Position numbers and translations under genes: made by a program
The notes under the pieces: model-generated
What the model was told of the DNA's origin: nothing
Database searches by the model: none
Seen by the model: only the letters and a program-made list of their open reading frames with translations
Origin: Microgenomates group bacterium Gr01-1014_5
GTDB lineage: Bacteria; Patescibacteriota; Microgenomatia; UBA8517; UBA10165
Length of the DNA stretch: 64,000 bases
Assembly: GCA_007376395.1 (NCBI GenBank)
Contig: VMGE01000006.1
Location: 2,812 to 66,811 of the forward strand
Reading direction: 5' to 3'
In this document: one piece after another, positions 18,875 to 29,147 of the stretch
Layout of the letters: every line of letters begins with the position of its first letter
Numbering within the stretch: position 1 is the stretch's first letter

Positions 18875-19303
18875 ATGTCCTCAAGAAGCACGGAAGTTAT
18901 ATCACCTGAACAGAACGAGCCAATAGATTCTTATTGGACTACTGCCCGCGTTAGGCTTCGTCTCCAAATTAAAGACTTCGAGATAATGACTTGGTCAAAA
19001 CAAATGCGTCTTTTGGAAACAAGGACAAAGGGAGGCGTGTCTGTCTTTCCAGCTTTTCAGTTTGTACAAAGAGCAGGTGTATGGTCTGTGTTAATAGGCC
19101 TGCATGAGGTTCTAAAGCCTTTTAAGGGGGTTGTCGGCCCAGACGAAGGTAATTCCCTAGCTTCTTGGCTTACCACTCCAGAGGAACGACTTGGCGGAAT
19201 AAGTATTATTGATCATTTAAAACAAGACAGAGACCCAAAAAAGGCTATTGCTTTAGCTCAAGAGACCGCTAATCGTTGGCAACAACCAAGCAACAAAATC
19301 TAG
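18875..19303 (+). CDS. possible ParS/MbcA/Xre-type antitoxin (DUF2384-like C-terminal toxin-binding domain), orphan
   Basis: The C-terminal ...SLASWLTTPEERLGGISIIDHLKQDRDPKKAIALAQETANRW fits the DUF2384 pattern (W..tP...LgG..P.d.l...G...v...l). No RES toxin lies downstream. Confidence 0.35.
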   Translation: MSSRSTEVISPEQNEPIDSYWTTARVRLRLQIKDFEIMTWSKQMRLLETRTKGGVSVFPAFQFVQRAGVWSVLIGLHEVLKPFKGVVGPDEGNSLASWLTTPEERLGGISIIDHLKQDRDPKKAIALAQETANRWQQPSNKI

Positions 19304-19336
19304 CCAAAATTCTTCAAAAGAGGTAAAATCTGCCCA

Positions 19337-19438
19337 ATGCTCGTTTTTATTGATGATTCCGGAGATGCAGGTTTTAAATTAGAGAAAGGTTCTTCAAGAT
19401 TTTTCGTAATAGCTAATGAGGCACAAAAAATGACCTCC
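19337..19438 (+). pseudogene. truncated DUF3800-family gene fragment (N-terminal 33 codons only)
   Basis: MLVFIDDSGDAGFKLEKGSSRFFVIANEAQKMTS* matches the DUF3800 N-terminus. Compare the intact copy at 63594; the downstream 550 bp is non-coding. Confidence 0.4.
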
Positions 19439-20000
19439 TAAGAGGCCATCTTCAACCACGTCCCTAGATTAGTTTCCCAACCACGCCACCTTAAGGTAAC
19501 AGTTCGGAATACAGGTTTTTGTAATTAGTAGTATACCATGATTCATCTGGGTACACAAATATAATCCGAAACCTTATGCTCAAGAGATATAAAAAGTTAT
19601 AGTTGACAAGTCTAATCTGAGAGATTATTATCAATTTCGATGTTAAATATTACTGTTAGTCGCGACGGGGATATCCATACGGTGAAAATAAACAAGTTTG
19701 TTACTTACGTAATAAACCGTTAATTAAGTTCTTTTTCCTCATATAGATCTTTCCCGAATTTAAACTGCTACTAACTTATTGTGGGTGTCTCTTATCAGCT
19801 GAAGGAGATTAAATCCAGTAATGGTAAGCGTCGGTAACGCGAGGTTGCGTAAAACATTATGGTATGTACCGAGAAACACAGACCATATAACAACCAGCCC
19901 ACAATTAACATCACTTAACGTCTTTCTACTGCAACTTCATGCTCGAATACTACTCCACTCTCGTCAATCGCTAGCCAAAATCCTTCAAAGGGCGAAGATT

Positions 20001-20813
20001 TTAAAGACCCGGTAATGGTTTTGTCTTATTTTTCTCAACGAGAATAAATATTGTCTGCATTTGATTTAATCCCAGTTTTAAATAATTTCTCCACGAAGTA
20101 CTTCCATGCTCAACTATTGCATATATCCTATCAATTCCAAGTTCTTTTGCTTTATTGATCCTGTATTTTATTATATCTGTTTGGTAGCCTTTGCCTCGAA
20201 ACTCTTCCAAAGTCCCGTCATCGTGCAAATAAGCAAAGTTTTTCTCTTTCGAATAAAACATTCCTCCTCCTGCGACCGGTTTTTGATTATCGTAAATAAG
20301 AAAAAATTCAGAATTTAATCCCGGGAAGTCGTTTTTCAGCTCTCCTGTTAAAGTTCTTCTGCAGATTTCTAAATATTTCTCGTTTCCTGGAAAGTCAACA
20401 AAAACTTTTCCTAAAACCTCACTGTAGTCGTCAAAAGTTTGAGTAGACACCTCTTCGATTTTTGCTTTAACAGGGCTATCCACATAGCTTGAAGTGTCAT
20501 ACCCCACCCACGAGTCTCGTGCATCAAGAAGAAAATTGTGTCTGACTAAAAATTCAACAAAGCCAGATTGCTGCTGATTTTCTGTTAAAAACACTGAAGG
20601 GCTACTTTGATTTCTTCCCAACAATTGTTTTATCTCCTCTAAATCTAGCTCATCTGGTGACGAAACAAGAGGAAACGCAAAGTTATTATACTGTCCCGAT
20701 ACGTCACTTAAAACAACCTCTACAGTTTTTCCTTTTATTACTTCTCTAACCAGAATTCCTTTACTCCATTGGTCTTGTAAATCCCAAATTTCCTCAAAGT
20801 AATTTCTGACCAT
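20001..20813 (-). CDS. GNAT family N-acetyltransferase
   Basis: C-terminal acetyl-CoA motif EEFRGKGYQTDII; 270 aa. Confidence 0.65.
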   Translation of the reverse strand: MVRNYFEEIWDLQDQWSKGILVREVIKGKTVEVVLSDVSGQYNNFAFPLVSSPDELDLEEIKQLLGRNQSSPSVFLTENQQQSGFVEFLVRHNFLLDARDSWVGYDTSSYVDSPVKAKIEEVSTQTFDDYSEVLGKVFVDFPGNEKYLEICRRTLTGELKNDFPGLNSEFFLIYDNQKPVAGGGMFYSKEKNFAYLHDDGTLEEFRGKGYQTDIIKYRINKAKELGIDRIYAIVEHGSTSWRNYLKLGLNQMQTIFILVEKNKTKPLPGL

Positions 20814-20869
20814 ACCCAGATTATACCAAAAGTAAACTTTTGGGTGTCTGAACCTGATATAATTCGTTT

Positions 20870-21208
20870 ATGACCGATATTCTTCTTGTCTATATCACTT
20901 GCGATTCAGTCGAACAAGCAAAAACTATTGGAAAACATTTAATGAAGAATAGACTTTGTGCTTGCGTCAATATCTTTCCTGACATGCAACCAATGTTTTT
21001 TTGGCCTCCTAAAACTAATCAAATTGACGAAAGTAAAGAAGTTGTTTTAATTGCAAAGACTACGGAAGGTAAATACCAAGAGTTAGAAGATGAAGTCCAC
21101 AAAATCCATACCTACGACGTTCCCTGTGTTATCGCTATCCCCACCCAACATATTTCTAAAAAATATTACAACTGGCTTATTGGCGAATTAGAGTTTGAAG
21201 AAAAATAA
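20870..21208 (+). CDS. cutA: divalent-cation tolerance protein CutA
   Basis: 112 aa with LCACVNIFP...VVLIAKT...YDVPCVIAIP, typical of CutA1. Confidence 0.7.
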   Translation: MTDILLVYITCDSVEQAKTIGKHLMKNRLCACVNIFPDMQPMFFWPPKTNQIDESKEVVLIAKTTEGKYQELEDEVHKIHTYDVPCVIAIPTQHISKKYYNWLIGELEFEEK

Positions 21209-21305
21209 GTCGCAACGTGTTAAATCAAATCGGGCAAATAATTTATTGATACAGGTGCCAATCTAAACCAATTGGAAGGTGGAATCACACTTGAACTGAT
21301 TTCAA

Positions 21306-21809
21306 TCATTCCTGAAACAGACGCTTCCAGAAACCTCTGGCTTGCGTATAGGGAGCGTCAACTGGTAGCCCTGTTACAGATTGAACTACACGGCATAAGT
21401 GCCGCGTATTCTTCTTTATCGATTCGTAATCAGAGCGTAAAGTTAATCCACTACTCAGAGACACAGTAAATCTAGGAGACCCCTTGTCCAACCCTAGTCT
21501 GACATTTACAAGGGTATCTTCCAACGGTGACTGATCATCAATAATTCCGTGAGGGTAGTAGCGAATACGCCAATAACAAGATTCTCTGTCTAGGCAGGTT
21601 TCCACTTCGCCCTTAAATCTCACCGAGCTACAATAGTCCCGAAGTACATCAAGCAATGGTTCACGGAAACGGTCATATAACGGCTTGAGTGTCTGTCTTT
21701 GCCGCTCGGCCCGTTCCTGCTGGCGTTTCCCTTCCTCTCTGTTGCACGCTTCCTTCTGACGTTGATAATCATCGAACCCATACTTGCTCTGTCCCTGTTC
21801 ATTCGCCAT
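21306..21809 (-). CDS. hypothetical protein (locally higher GC)
   Basis: Likely start MANEQGQ at 21809. Arg/Glu-rich N-terminus and no recognised domain. Confidence 0.35.
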   Translation of the reverse strand: MANEQGQSKYGFDDYQRQKEACNREEGKRQQERAERQRQTLKPLYDRFREPLLDVLRDYCSSVRFKGEVETCLDRESCYWRIRYYPHGIIDDQSPLEDTLVNVRLGLDKGSPRFTVSLSSGLTLRSDYESIKKNTRHLCRVVQSVTGLPVDAPYTQARGFWKRLFQE

Positions 21810-22014
21810 ATATATAGTATAGCTTATAGTTACAATCGTGGTCAAATCTTCCTACTTGGCCTGTGTGCAGTCGAGGGATAAAAATTGCTCGTACACGTTT
21901 GGTGTAACATGGCAAAATTACCTTCATGTTGGTAGACAGATCTTCATGGCCTCAATAGACTTCACCTCAAAAAACTAGCCAAAATCCCCGATAAAAATGA
22001 ATTAGCACCATTTG

Positions 22015-22036
22015 ACAACATGTTGTACAACATGTT
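22015..22036 (+). promoter_or_regulatory. palindromic operator overlapping the promoter of the RHH-PIN toxin-antitoxin operon
   Basis: A 20-nt perfect palindrome AACATGTTGTACAACATGTT (22016-22035) is preceded by TTGACA (22012-22017). It lies 12 nt upstream of the RHH start. Confidence 0.45.
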
Positions 22037-22047
22037 ACTGTATTTAT

Positions 22048-22323
22048 ATGTTAAAAACTTATCTTTATATTCCGGAAGAATTAGACCGTAAAATTAAAAT
22101 TGCTGTCAATGCTCAACAAAAGAGCAAGGCTGAAATTATAAGAAACGCTATTGCAAAAGGCCTGTCTGTGTCCCAAGAACAAGATAAAAATGATGCACAG
22201 ATACTCCTAGATCTTGCTAAAATAGCAAAAAAATACAAGGTTTCCGGCCCTCGTGACTTATCTGTAAATCATGATTATTATTTATGGGGTGGTAAAAAGA
22301 GAAATTCAAGAATTAAGCCATGA
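22048..22323 (+). CDS. ribbon-helix-helix (CopG/VapB-like) antitoxin
   Basis: MLKTYLYIPEELDRKIKIAVNAQQKSKAEIIRNAI is an RHH fold signature. Its stop overlaps the PIN gene start (ATGA). Confidence 0.6.
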   Translation: MLKTYLYIPEELDRKIKIAVNAQQKSKAEIIRNAIAKGLSVSQEQDKNDAQILLDLAKIAKKYKVSGPRDLSVNHDYYLWGGKKRNSRIKP

Positions 22324-22730
22324 TAATTATTGTAGACTCTGATGGTTTAATAGGAACATCACAAGAAGACGATGCTCATTATTCGAACTCTATCCTGCTC
22401 TTGCAAAAATTAACCAGGGCAAAAGCCAGATTAATTTATCCTGCAACGGTTATTGCAGAGGCAACTGCAATTCTCCAAATAAGACTCAATCGCCAAGAAA
22501 CTGCAAACAAGATATTTGAGCTTGTAAAAACTGGCGCATTTACCATCGAACCTATTAATCAAGAAATCCTGACAACTGCAATTCGCTTGCTAAAGACAAA
22601 TAGAAACAAACACGCCACTCTTTTTGATGCAATAGTTGCAACTGTTGCACAAAAATATAACGCTGATGCAATTTTCAGCTTCGATAATTTCTACAAAAAG
22701 AAGGGCTTCAAATTGGCTTCTGAGTTGTAA
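22320..22730 (+). CDS. PIN-domain ribonuclease toxin (VapC-like)
   Basis: N-terminal IVDSDGLI (the conserved Asp), then ...FDAIVATVA...ADAIFSFD; 136 aa. Confidence 0.65.
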   Translation: MIIIVDSDGLIGTSQEDDAHYSNSILLLQKLTRAKARLIYPATVIAEATAILQIRLNRQETANKIFELVKTGAFTIEPINQEILTTAIRLLKTNRNKHATLFDAIVATVAQKYNADAIFSFDNFYKKKGFKLASEL

Positions 22731-22795
22731 TAACGAATACTGTTACTATTTAGTCATTGACAATCAAAGAAATTAATATATATTGAAGTTGCATT

Positions 22796-23122
22796 ATGGC
22801 AAGTTTACAAGAAATGGAGCAACGCCGAGATGAGAGAGTACGCCAGGAATCAGCTTTTAGAGAATATGCATTAAATAAGTATGGGGAAGACTTGGGAACT
22901 GCTCTATATGACTATCTCTATAGAAACGGAAGAACCGAAGAAGAACGAGAGGAAAAAGAGATAGCATTTGCTAATGCCCTTGCGCTTAAAAGTAACAGTC
23001 GGGATATTAAAGAAGTCGCTCTCGGGCTTGTCGCTATGCTTGAAGCTACCAGAGGCCAGATAGCCCCAGTTGCAAGACGAGCCATGGACGCCAGCTTGCG
23101 TACTAGTCCAATAGGCCATTAA
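22796..23122 (+). CDS. hypothetical protein
   Basis: 108 aa ORF. Confidence 0.3.
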   Translation: MASLQEMEQRRDERVRQESAFREYALNKYGEDLGTALYDYLYRNGRTEEEREEKEIAFANALALKSNSRDIKEVALGLVAMLEATRGQIAPVARRAMDASLRTSPIGH

Positions 23123-23367
23123 ATCGCTATTTTTAATAAAAACTCGCTTTCTTTGACTTTTTGTGATATACTGCATTCACAGATTTGAGTTAATAAATCT
23201 GTTTAAATTGGATTTGATCCTAAAGAGTAGGTAAAGATACCTCAAATTTTTTCAAACTTCCGTATCTTTCTTCAAAAATTTAGAGCTCTCTTTTTAATTT
23301 AGACAGTCATATTCACTTAATTCCCGCGCCTTAATAGATGATTGCGCGGCATAATTTCGAGTAAATC

Positions 23368-24534
23368 ATGCGCAGAAATTTTTCCCAAAGACGCAACAGA
23401 AGATGGTTTGGCTCCCGGGTTAGTTCCCGGCCTGCTTCCTCTGCCTCCCGCTATGTAAAGAAAGCAGAAAGCCAGGCCCCGGAAGATGCCTATGCGGCAG
23501 TCAACCAATTTAGCGATTTTGCAATTGCCGAGCAAATAAAAAAGAATATCGCAAAACGAGGCTATACAACCCCTACTCCCATTCAAGACCAAATCATTCC
23601 GCACATTTTGGAAGGACGGGATGTGGTGGGTATTGCCAACACCGGAACCGGCAAAACAGCCGCTTTTTTAATTCCTCTCTTGAATAAAATTCTAACCGAC
23701 CGCACACAAAAAGCCCTTATCGTCGTCCCAACCCGGGAGCTTGCGATGCAAATCGAAGACGAGATGCGCGCTTTTTCCGAATTTTTAAATATCGGCTGTG
23801 TCCTTTGTATCGGCGGAGCAAGCATAAACCGTCAAATCTCAGCTCTCAGAAGTCAAACCAATATCGTTATTGGTACTCCCGGCAGGCTCATTGATTTGAC
23901 GCGCAGACGTTTATTAAACCTTAATTTGTTTCAGAATATCATTTTAGACGAGGTCGACCGTATGGTTGATATCGGTTTTATAAAAGACGTTAAGTACCTC
24001 ATTTCCCTCTTACCGGACAATAGGCAATCTTTGTTTTTCTCAGCCACGGTATCTGGCGAAATCCAGGGTATAATCAACTCGTTTTCAAGAGAACCTGTGA
24101 TTGTCTCCGTAAAAACAGCTGAAACTGCACAAAATGTTGAGCAGGATGTAATTTTCGTGACCAGCAAAGAAGAGAAACTGACTAAATTAAACAACATGTT
24201 ACACCAAGAAGAATTTAAGAAAGTTATAATTTTCGGCAGAACCAAATGGACAGTAGAACGACTGGCGCGGACTCTGCAGGATTTTGGTTTTCAGGTAGAG
24301 TCAATTCACGGCAATAAAACCCAGAGCCAGCGTCTAAGAGCGCTTTCCATGTTCAAGCAAGACCGTTTACAGGTGTTGGTAGCCACCGACATCGCCGCCC
24401 GAGGATTGGATATAGATAATATTACCCATGTTATTAATTTCGATGAACCCACAAACTATACTGATTATGTTCACAGAATCGGCAGAACAGGCAGGGCAAA
24501 TAAAACAGGAAAAGCCTTAACTTTTGTATCGTAA
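23368..24534 (+). CDS. DEAD-box ATP-dependent RNA helicase (motif II variant DEVD)
   Basis: Q-motif TPTPIQ, Walker A ANTGTGKT, PTRELA, DEVD, SAT, HRIGRTGR. It has a basic N-terminal extension. Confidence 0.85.
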   Translation: MRRNFSQRRNRRWFGSRVSSRPASSASRYVKKAESQAPEDAYAAVNQFSDFAIAEQIKKNIAKRGYTTPTPIQDQIIPHILEGRDVVGIANTGTGKTAAFLIPLLNKILTDRTQKALIVVPTRELAMQIEDEMRAFSEFLNIGCVLCIGGASINRQISALRSQTNIVIGTPGRLIDLTRRRLLNLNLFQNIILDEVDRMVDIGFIKDVKYLISLLPDNRQSLFFSATVSGEIQGIINSFSREPVIVSVKTAETAQNVEQDVIFVTSKEEKLTKLNNMLHQEEFKKVIIFGRTKWTVERLARTLQDFGFQVESIHGNKTQSQRLRALSMFKQDRLQVLVATDIAARGLDIDNITHVINFDEPTNYTDYVHRIGRTGRANKTGKALTFVS

Positions 24535-24633
24535 TCTAGGTATGGTATACTACGCACAGATTAATTAAAAAAGGCAAAAATAAGCCTCTGGCGCTTGGGA
24601 GAACCCAACGCGCACAAAGAACTAATTTTCCAA

Positions 24634-25371
24634 ATGATAAAAGCAGTAATTTTTGATTTAGACGATACGCTTTGTAACGCGTCGGAAGTGATGGAGAAAA
24701 CTCTGCGAACCGTCTTTGAAGAGAATTTAAGCCATTATCCGGATAAAACCGTCGAAGAAATGGTTGCTCTTAATAAACAGGCGTTCAAAGAGATCTTTTT
24801 AGACCCTTCGATTTCTGTTCCTTCAGCCTCAATTTTGATTTGGTTTAGGATTTTTGAACTCATGGGTAAAAAACCTCCCATAAAAGCAATCATGCGCATT
24901 GTTGAAGGTTATTGGGAAGAAAACACCAAACAATTAAAAACCACTCCTGGAACTTTTGAATTATTAGACTATTTAAAGGAAAGTGGAATAAAAATCGGCG
25001 TTTTGACTAACGGCGCCTTTATAGGACAAGCAAAAAAACTCGCAATATTAGGCTTGGATGAAAAAATAGATTGTTTTGTCGCCTCAGACATGTGTTTATG
25101 CGACAAACCAGACCCAAAAGCCTTTCTTTATATTTTAAGTAAAATGGATGCCCTGCCCCACGAAGCAATTATGGTTGGCGACCGTATCGACAACGACATT
25201 AATGGCGCAAAACGCCTTGGAATGAAAGGAATTTTGGTCGGAAACAAAGGAATTTCCGGCAATAATAGCGCAGATTTAGTTGTTCAAAATTTAAGAGATT
25301 GTATCCCTTTTGTCGAATCACTTAGCAAGAAAATTGAGAATTCCCCCACTTTCCAAGATTTCCAATATTAA
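24634..25371 (+). CDS. HAD-superfamily hydrolase
   Basis: Motif I IFDLDDTL and motif IV GDRIDNDINGA. Confidence 0.7.
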   Translation: MIKAVIFDLDDTLCNASEVMEKTLRTVFEENLSHYPDKTVEEMVALNKQAFKEIFLDPSISVPSASILIWFRIFELMGKKPPIKAIMRIVEGYWEENTKQLKTTPGTFELLDYLKESGIKIGVLTNGAFIGQAKKLAILGLDEKIDCFVASDMCLCDKPDPKAFLYILSKMDALPHEAIMVGDRIDNDINGAKRLGMKGILVGNKGISGNNSADLVVQNLRDCIPFVESLSKKIENSPTFQDFQY

Positions 25372-25580
25372 CCGTGTCCACCCAGCGCCCTGCGCACTTC
25401 TTCCGGGGTTGCCGGCCTTCTGCCAAACACGTCTCTTTCTAGTTCTTGACCATAAAAAGATCTCAGTTTCCGAACAAACGCTTTTCCTTCCGGAGAAACA
25501 TAATTTGCTGCCTTTTGTTCTGCTCGTCTTCTAATCTTGCGTTCTCTTTCTCCCATTTTTCCAAACCTATAATGGGGCAC
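25368..25580 (-). CDS. small basic hypothetical protein
   Basis: 70 aa, Arg/Lys-rich; coding status uncertain. Confidence 0.25.
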   Translation of the reverse strand: MPHYRFGKMGERERKIRRRAEQKAANYVSPEGKAFVRKLRSFYGQELERDVFGRRPATPEEVRRALGGHG

Positions 25581-25692
25581 TCTCTAATGATTGTCAACCC
25601 CGAAACCAAACCACAAACTCTAAAAATGTGGTATAATGGAAAATAGAATAACTCCTCCTGCCTCACATGAGTTTTATTTTGGCAGTTTTAAT

Positions 25693-25950
25693 ATGACTAA
25701 CACTTGTACCCGCTGCGGTAGCACACGAATTCTTGCCAAAACCTGGGAAGAAGTCGTCGAGCTTTATTCCCGCAAAACAACCATTACCCACTCCCAGTTC
25801 GTTTGCCCTGACTCTAAATGCCAAAAACAGGTAGAAGATCAACTTACCCAGATAAGAGAAAAAAGAGAATACGCAGAACACCAAAAAGAGATTGCCAAAG
25901 CTGAGAAGTTAAAAGAAAACGCCAAAGCTGCTGCCGCCCGCCTCCTGTAA
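25693..25950 (+). CDS. zinc-ribbon hypothetical protein
   Basis: CTRCG...CPDSKC, followed by a Lys/Glu-rich helix. Confidence 0.4.
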   Translation: MTNTCTRCGSTRILAKTWEEVVELYSRKTTITHSQFVCPDSKCQKQVEDQLTQIREKREYAEHQKEIAKAEKLKENAKAAAARLL

Positions 25951-25988
25951 CCCCAAATCTGATATAATCGATCCAGAAGTTCTCGTAT

Positions 25989-26061
25989 GGCCTAGTGGCG
26001 AAGTGGCTAACGCGCTCGTCTGCAAAACGAGTATTCACCGGTTCAACTCCGGTCTAGGCCT
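25989..26061 (+). tRNA. tRNA-Cys(GCA)
   Basis: GGCCUAG acceptor stem, anticodon loop CUGCAAA, T-arm ACCGGUUCAACUCCGGU, 3' strand CUAGGCC. CCA is not encoded. Confidence 0.85.
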
Positions 26062-26102
26062 CAAAAAAATCTCAAATAAGCACGGTAAATAGGCCCAAAA
26101 AC

Positions 26103-26132
26103 TTGACTTTTGGCTATTCTATGGGGTATACT
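26103..26132 (+). promoter_or_regulatory. sigma70-like promoter upstream of the M23 peptidase gene
   Basis: TTGACT, 18 nt, TATACT. It is followed by a ~170-nt leader with several hairpins. Confidence 0.35.
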
Positions 26133-26302
26133 GTGTCCAGTTCTCAAGCATTTGTTGTTTGAGAATTTTTTTGTCTTTATAGCCTCTATCTGAGGCTAGA
26201 CAGGGTTGTGCGCAACGTAATAATTTCTCTGAAATTAAACGTTGCTGAAACGTAGAAATTTCAATTTCGTACGTTTCGCCGCCCCGCTAAGCGGGGTAAA
26301 CC

Positions 26303-26977
26303 ATGATAAAACTTACCCGAAATTTGCGTCAAATCCGACGTGCGCTCAAAAAGCGCGCGAGGTTTTTGGTGCGCAAATATCCTCTTTTTTCAGACCTCTC
26401 CCAGCTTAGAAGTATCCGCTCTGGCAACAAGCTCTCAAGAATTGCCCGCCACCTTCTTGAACATGCCAATATCAAGGCTATTCTGGGCGGAAATATTACT
26501 CTAATGGTTCTCACCACAGGTCTTCTTGTGCCTGGAACCGTAGCCCACGAAGAGCCTGTAGAAACCTTAGTTTTACCAGGCTTCCCTACCCAAGTAGCCA
26601 CAGAGGTTAAAATTCGCTACCCTGTAGAAAAAGTTAAGATTAACCAAGGCTTTAGCTATTTCCATTGGGGAGTTGATCTTGACGGAGAGACCGGCGACCC
26701 GGTTTATCCTATTGAAAAGGGTAAAATTGAATCACGGGAATTCTCCCGCTTTGGATATGGAAATTCCATTATTATTAACCACGGAGACGGTCTTAAATCA
26801 CGCTATGCTCATTTAAGCCGTATAGACGTGCGTGATGGGGACGAAGTCGATCCTGCTACAGCAATTGGAAAGCTCGGTAATACCGGTCGTTCTACTGGAG
26901 CCCATCTCCACTTGGAGATCTATGATAACGGTAAGCCTATTAATCCTGCAGTTTTGCTTGGGAAACCGGTAAGGTAA
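26303..26977 (+). CDS. M23 family metallopeptidase (LytM-like)
   Basis: HWGVDL...GNSIIINHG...YAHL...GNTGRSTGAHLHLEI. Confidence 0.8.
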   Translation: MIKLTRNLRQIRRALKKRARFLVRKYPLFSDLSQLRSIRSGNKLSRIARHLLEHANIKAILGGNITLMVLTTGLLVPGTVAHEEPVETLVLPGFPTQVATEVKIRYPVEKVKINQGFSYFHWGVDLDGETGDPVYPIEKGKIESREFSRFGYGNSIIINHGDGLKSRYAHLSRIDVRDGDEVDPATAIGKLGNTGRSTGAHLHLEIYDNGKPINPAVLLGKPVR

Positions 26978-26987
26978 GGAAGCTTTT

Positions 26988-28631
<1,644 letters not shown>

Positions 28632-28721
28632 TCAATTTCCCAGTTGACAGTAAGTTAGAAAGGTAGGTCAGTTACTAGTGACTAGTAATTAATAACTAAC
28701 TGGTTACTGTGCACTGACTGT

Positions 28722-29021
28722 CTACTCTTGCGTAGCAAGAACGTCTTCAAACTTCACAAATAAATACTCTTTTCCTTCAACTTTGATCTCGCTTCCTCCC
28801 CACTTTTTATAAACAATTTTGTCCCCTGCTTTAACAGGAGCTTTTTTAACTTTCCCTGAATCTGTAACTTCGTCTGCGCCAACGGCAATTACAGTCCCAA
28901 CCTGCGGCTTTTCTCCTGCGGTATCAGGTAAAACAATTCCCGAGGCAGTTGTAGTTTCTGCTTCTTGCGGTTCAAGAAGAATATAACCGGCAGTAGGTGT
29001 TAGATTAAGTTTATTAGCCAT
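28722..29021 (-). CDS. groS: co-chaperonin GroES
   Basis: 99 aa with ILLEPQEAETTTASGIVLPD... Confidence 0.9.
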   Translation of the reverse strand: MANKLNLTPTAGYILLEPQEAETTTASGIVLPDTAGEKPQVGTVIAVGADEVTDSGKVKKAPVKAGDKIVYKKWGGSEIKVEGKEYLFVKFEDVLATQE

Positions 29022-29109
29022 TTGTGTGTACTCTAAAACTCAAAAACCGCCAGCACTCGCCGACAGTCACTGCTATGGCAAACAGAAAGTTTGCCTCAAG
29101 CGCAGCGTC

Positions 29110-29138
29110 ATTTTACGAAAGTTGCTTCTACTTGTCAA
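29110..29138 (-). promoter_or_regulatory. sigma70-like promoter of groES (TTGACA-17-TAAAAT on minus strand)
   Basis: Reverse complement of 29133-29138 is TTGACA and of 29110-29115 is TAAAAT. A degenerate CIRCE-like inverted repeat (aTAGCAgTg-N9-GAGTGCTgg) lies at 29050-29077, between the promoter and the start codon. Confidence 0.4.
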
Positions 29139-29147
29139 TGGGTCGCT

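Noticed and set aside
19821-20015. 64-aa plus-strand ORF in the decayed region before the GNAT gene
   Set aside because: It overlaps the GNAT gene end, has no motif, and lies in debris between direct repeats.
29050-29077. Canonical CIRCE (TTAGCACTC-N9-GAGTGCTAA) upstream of groES
   Set aside because: Only a degenerate version is present (about 6/9 and 7/9 half-site matches). It is reported as a weak possibility, not annotated as CIRCE.
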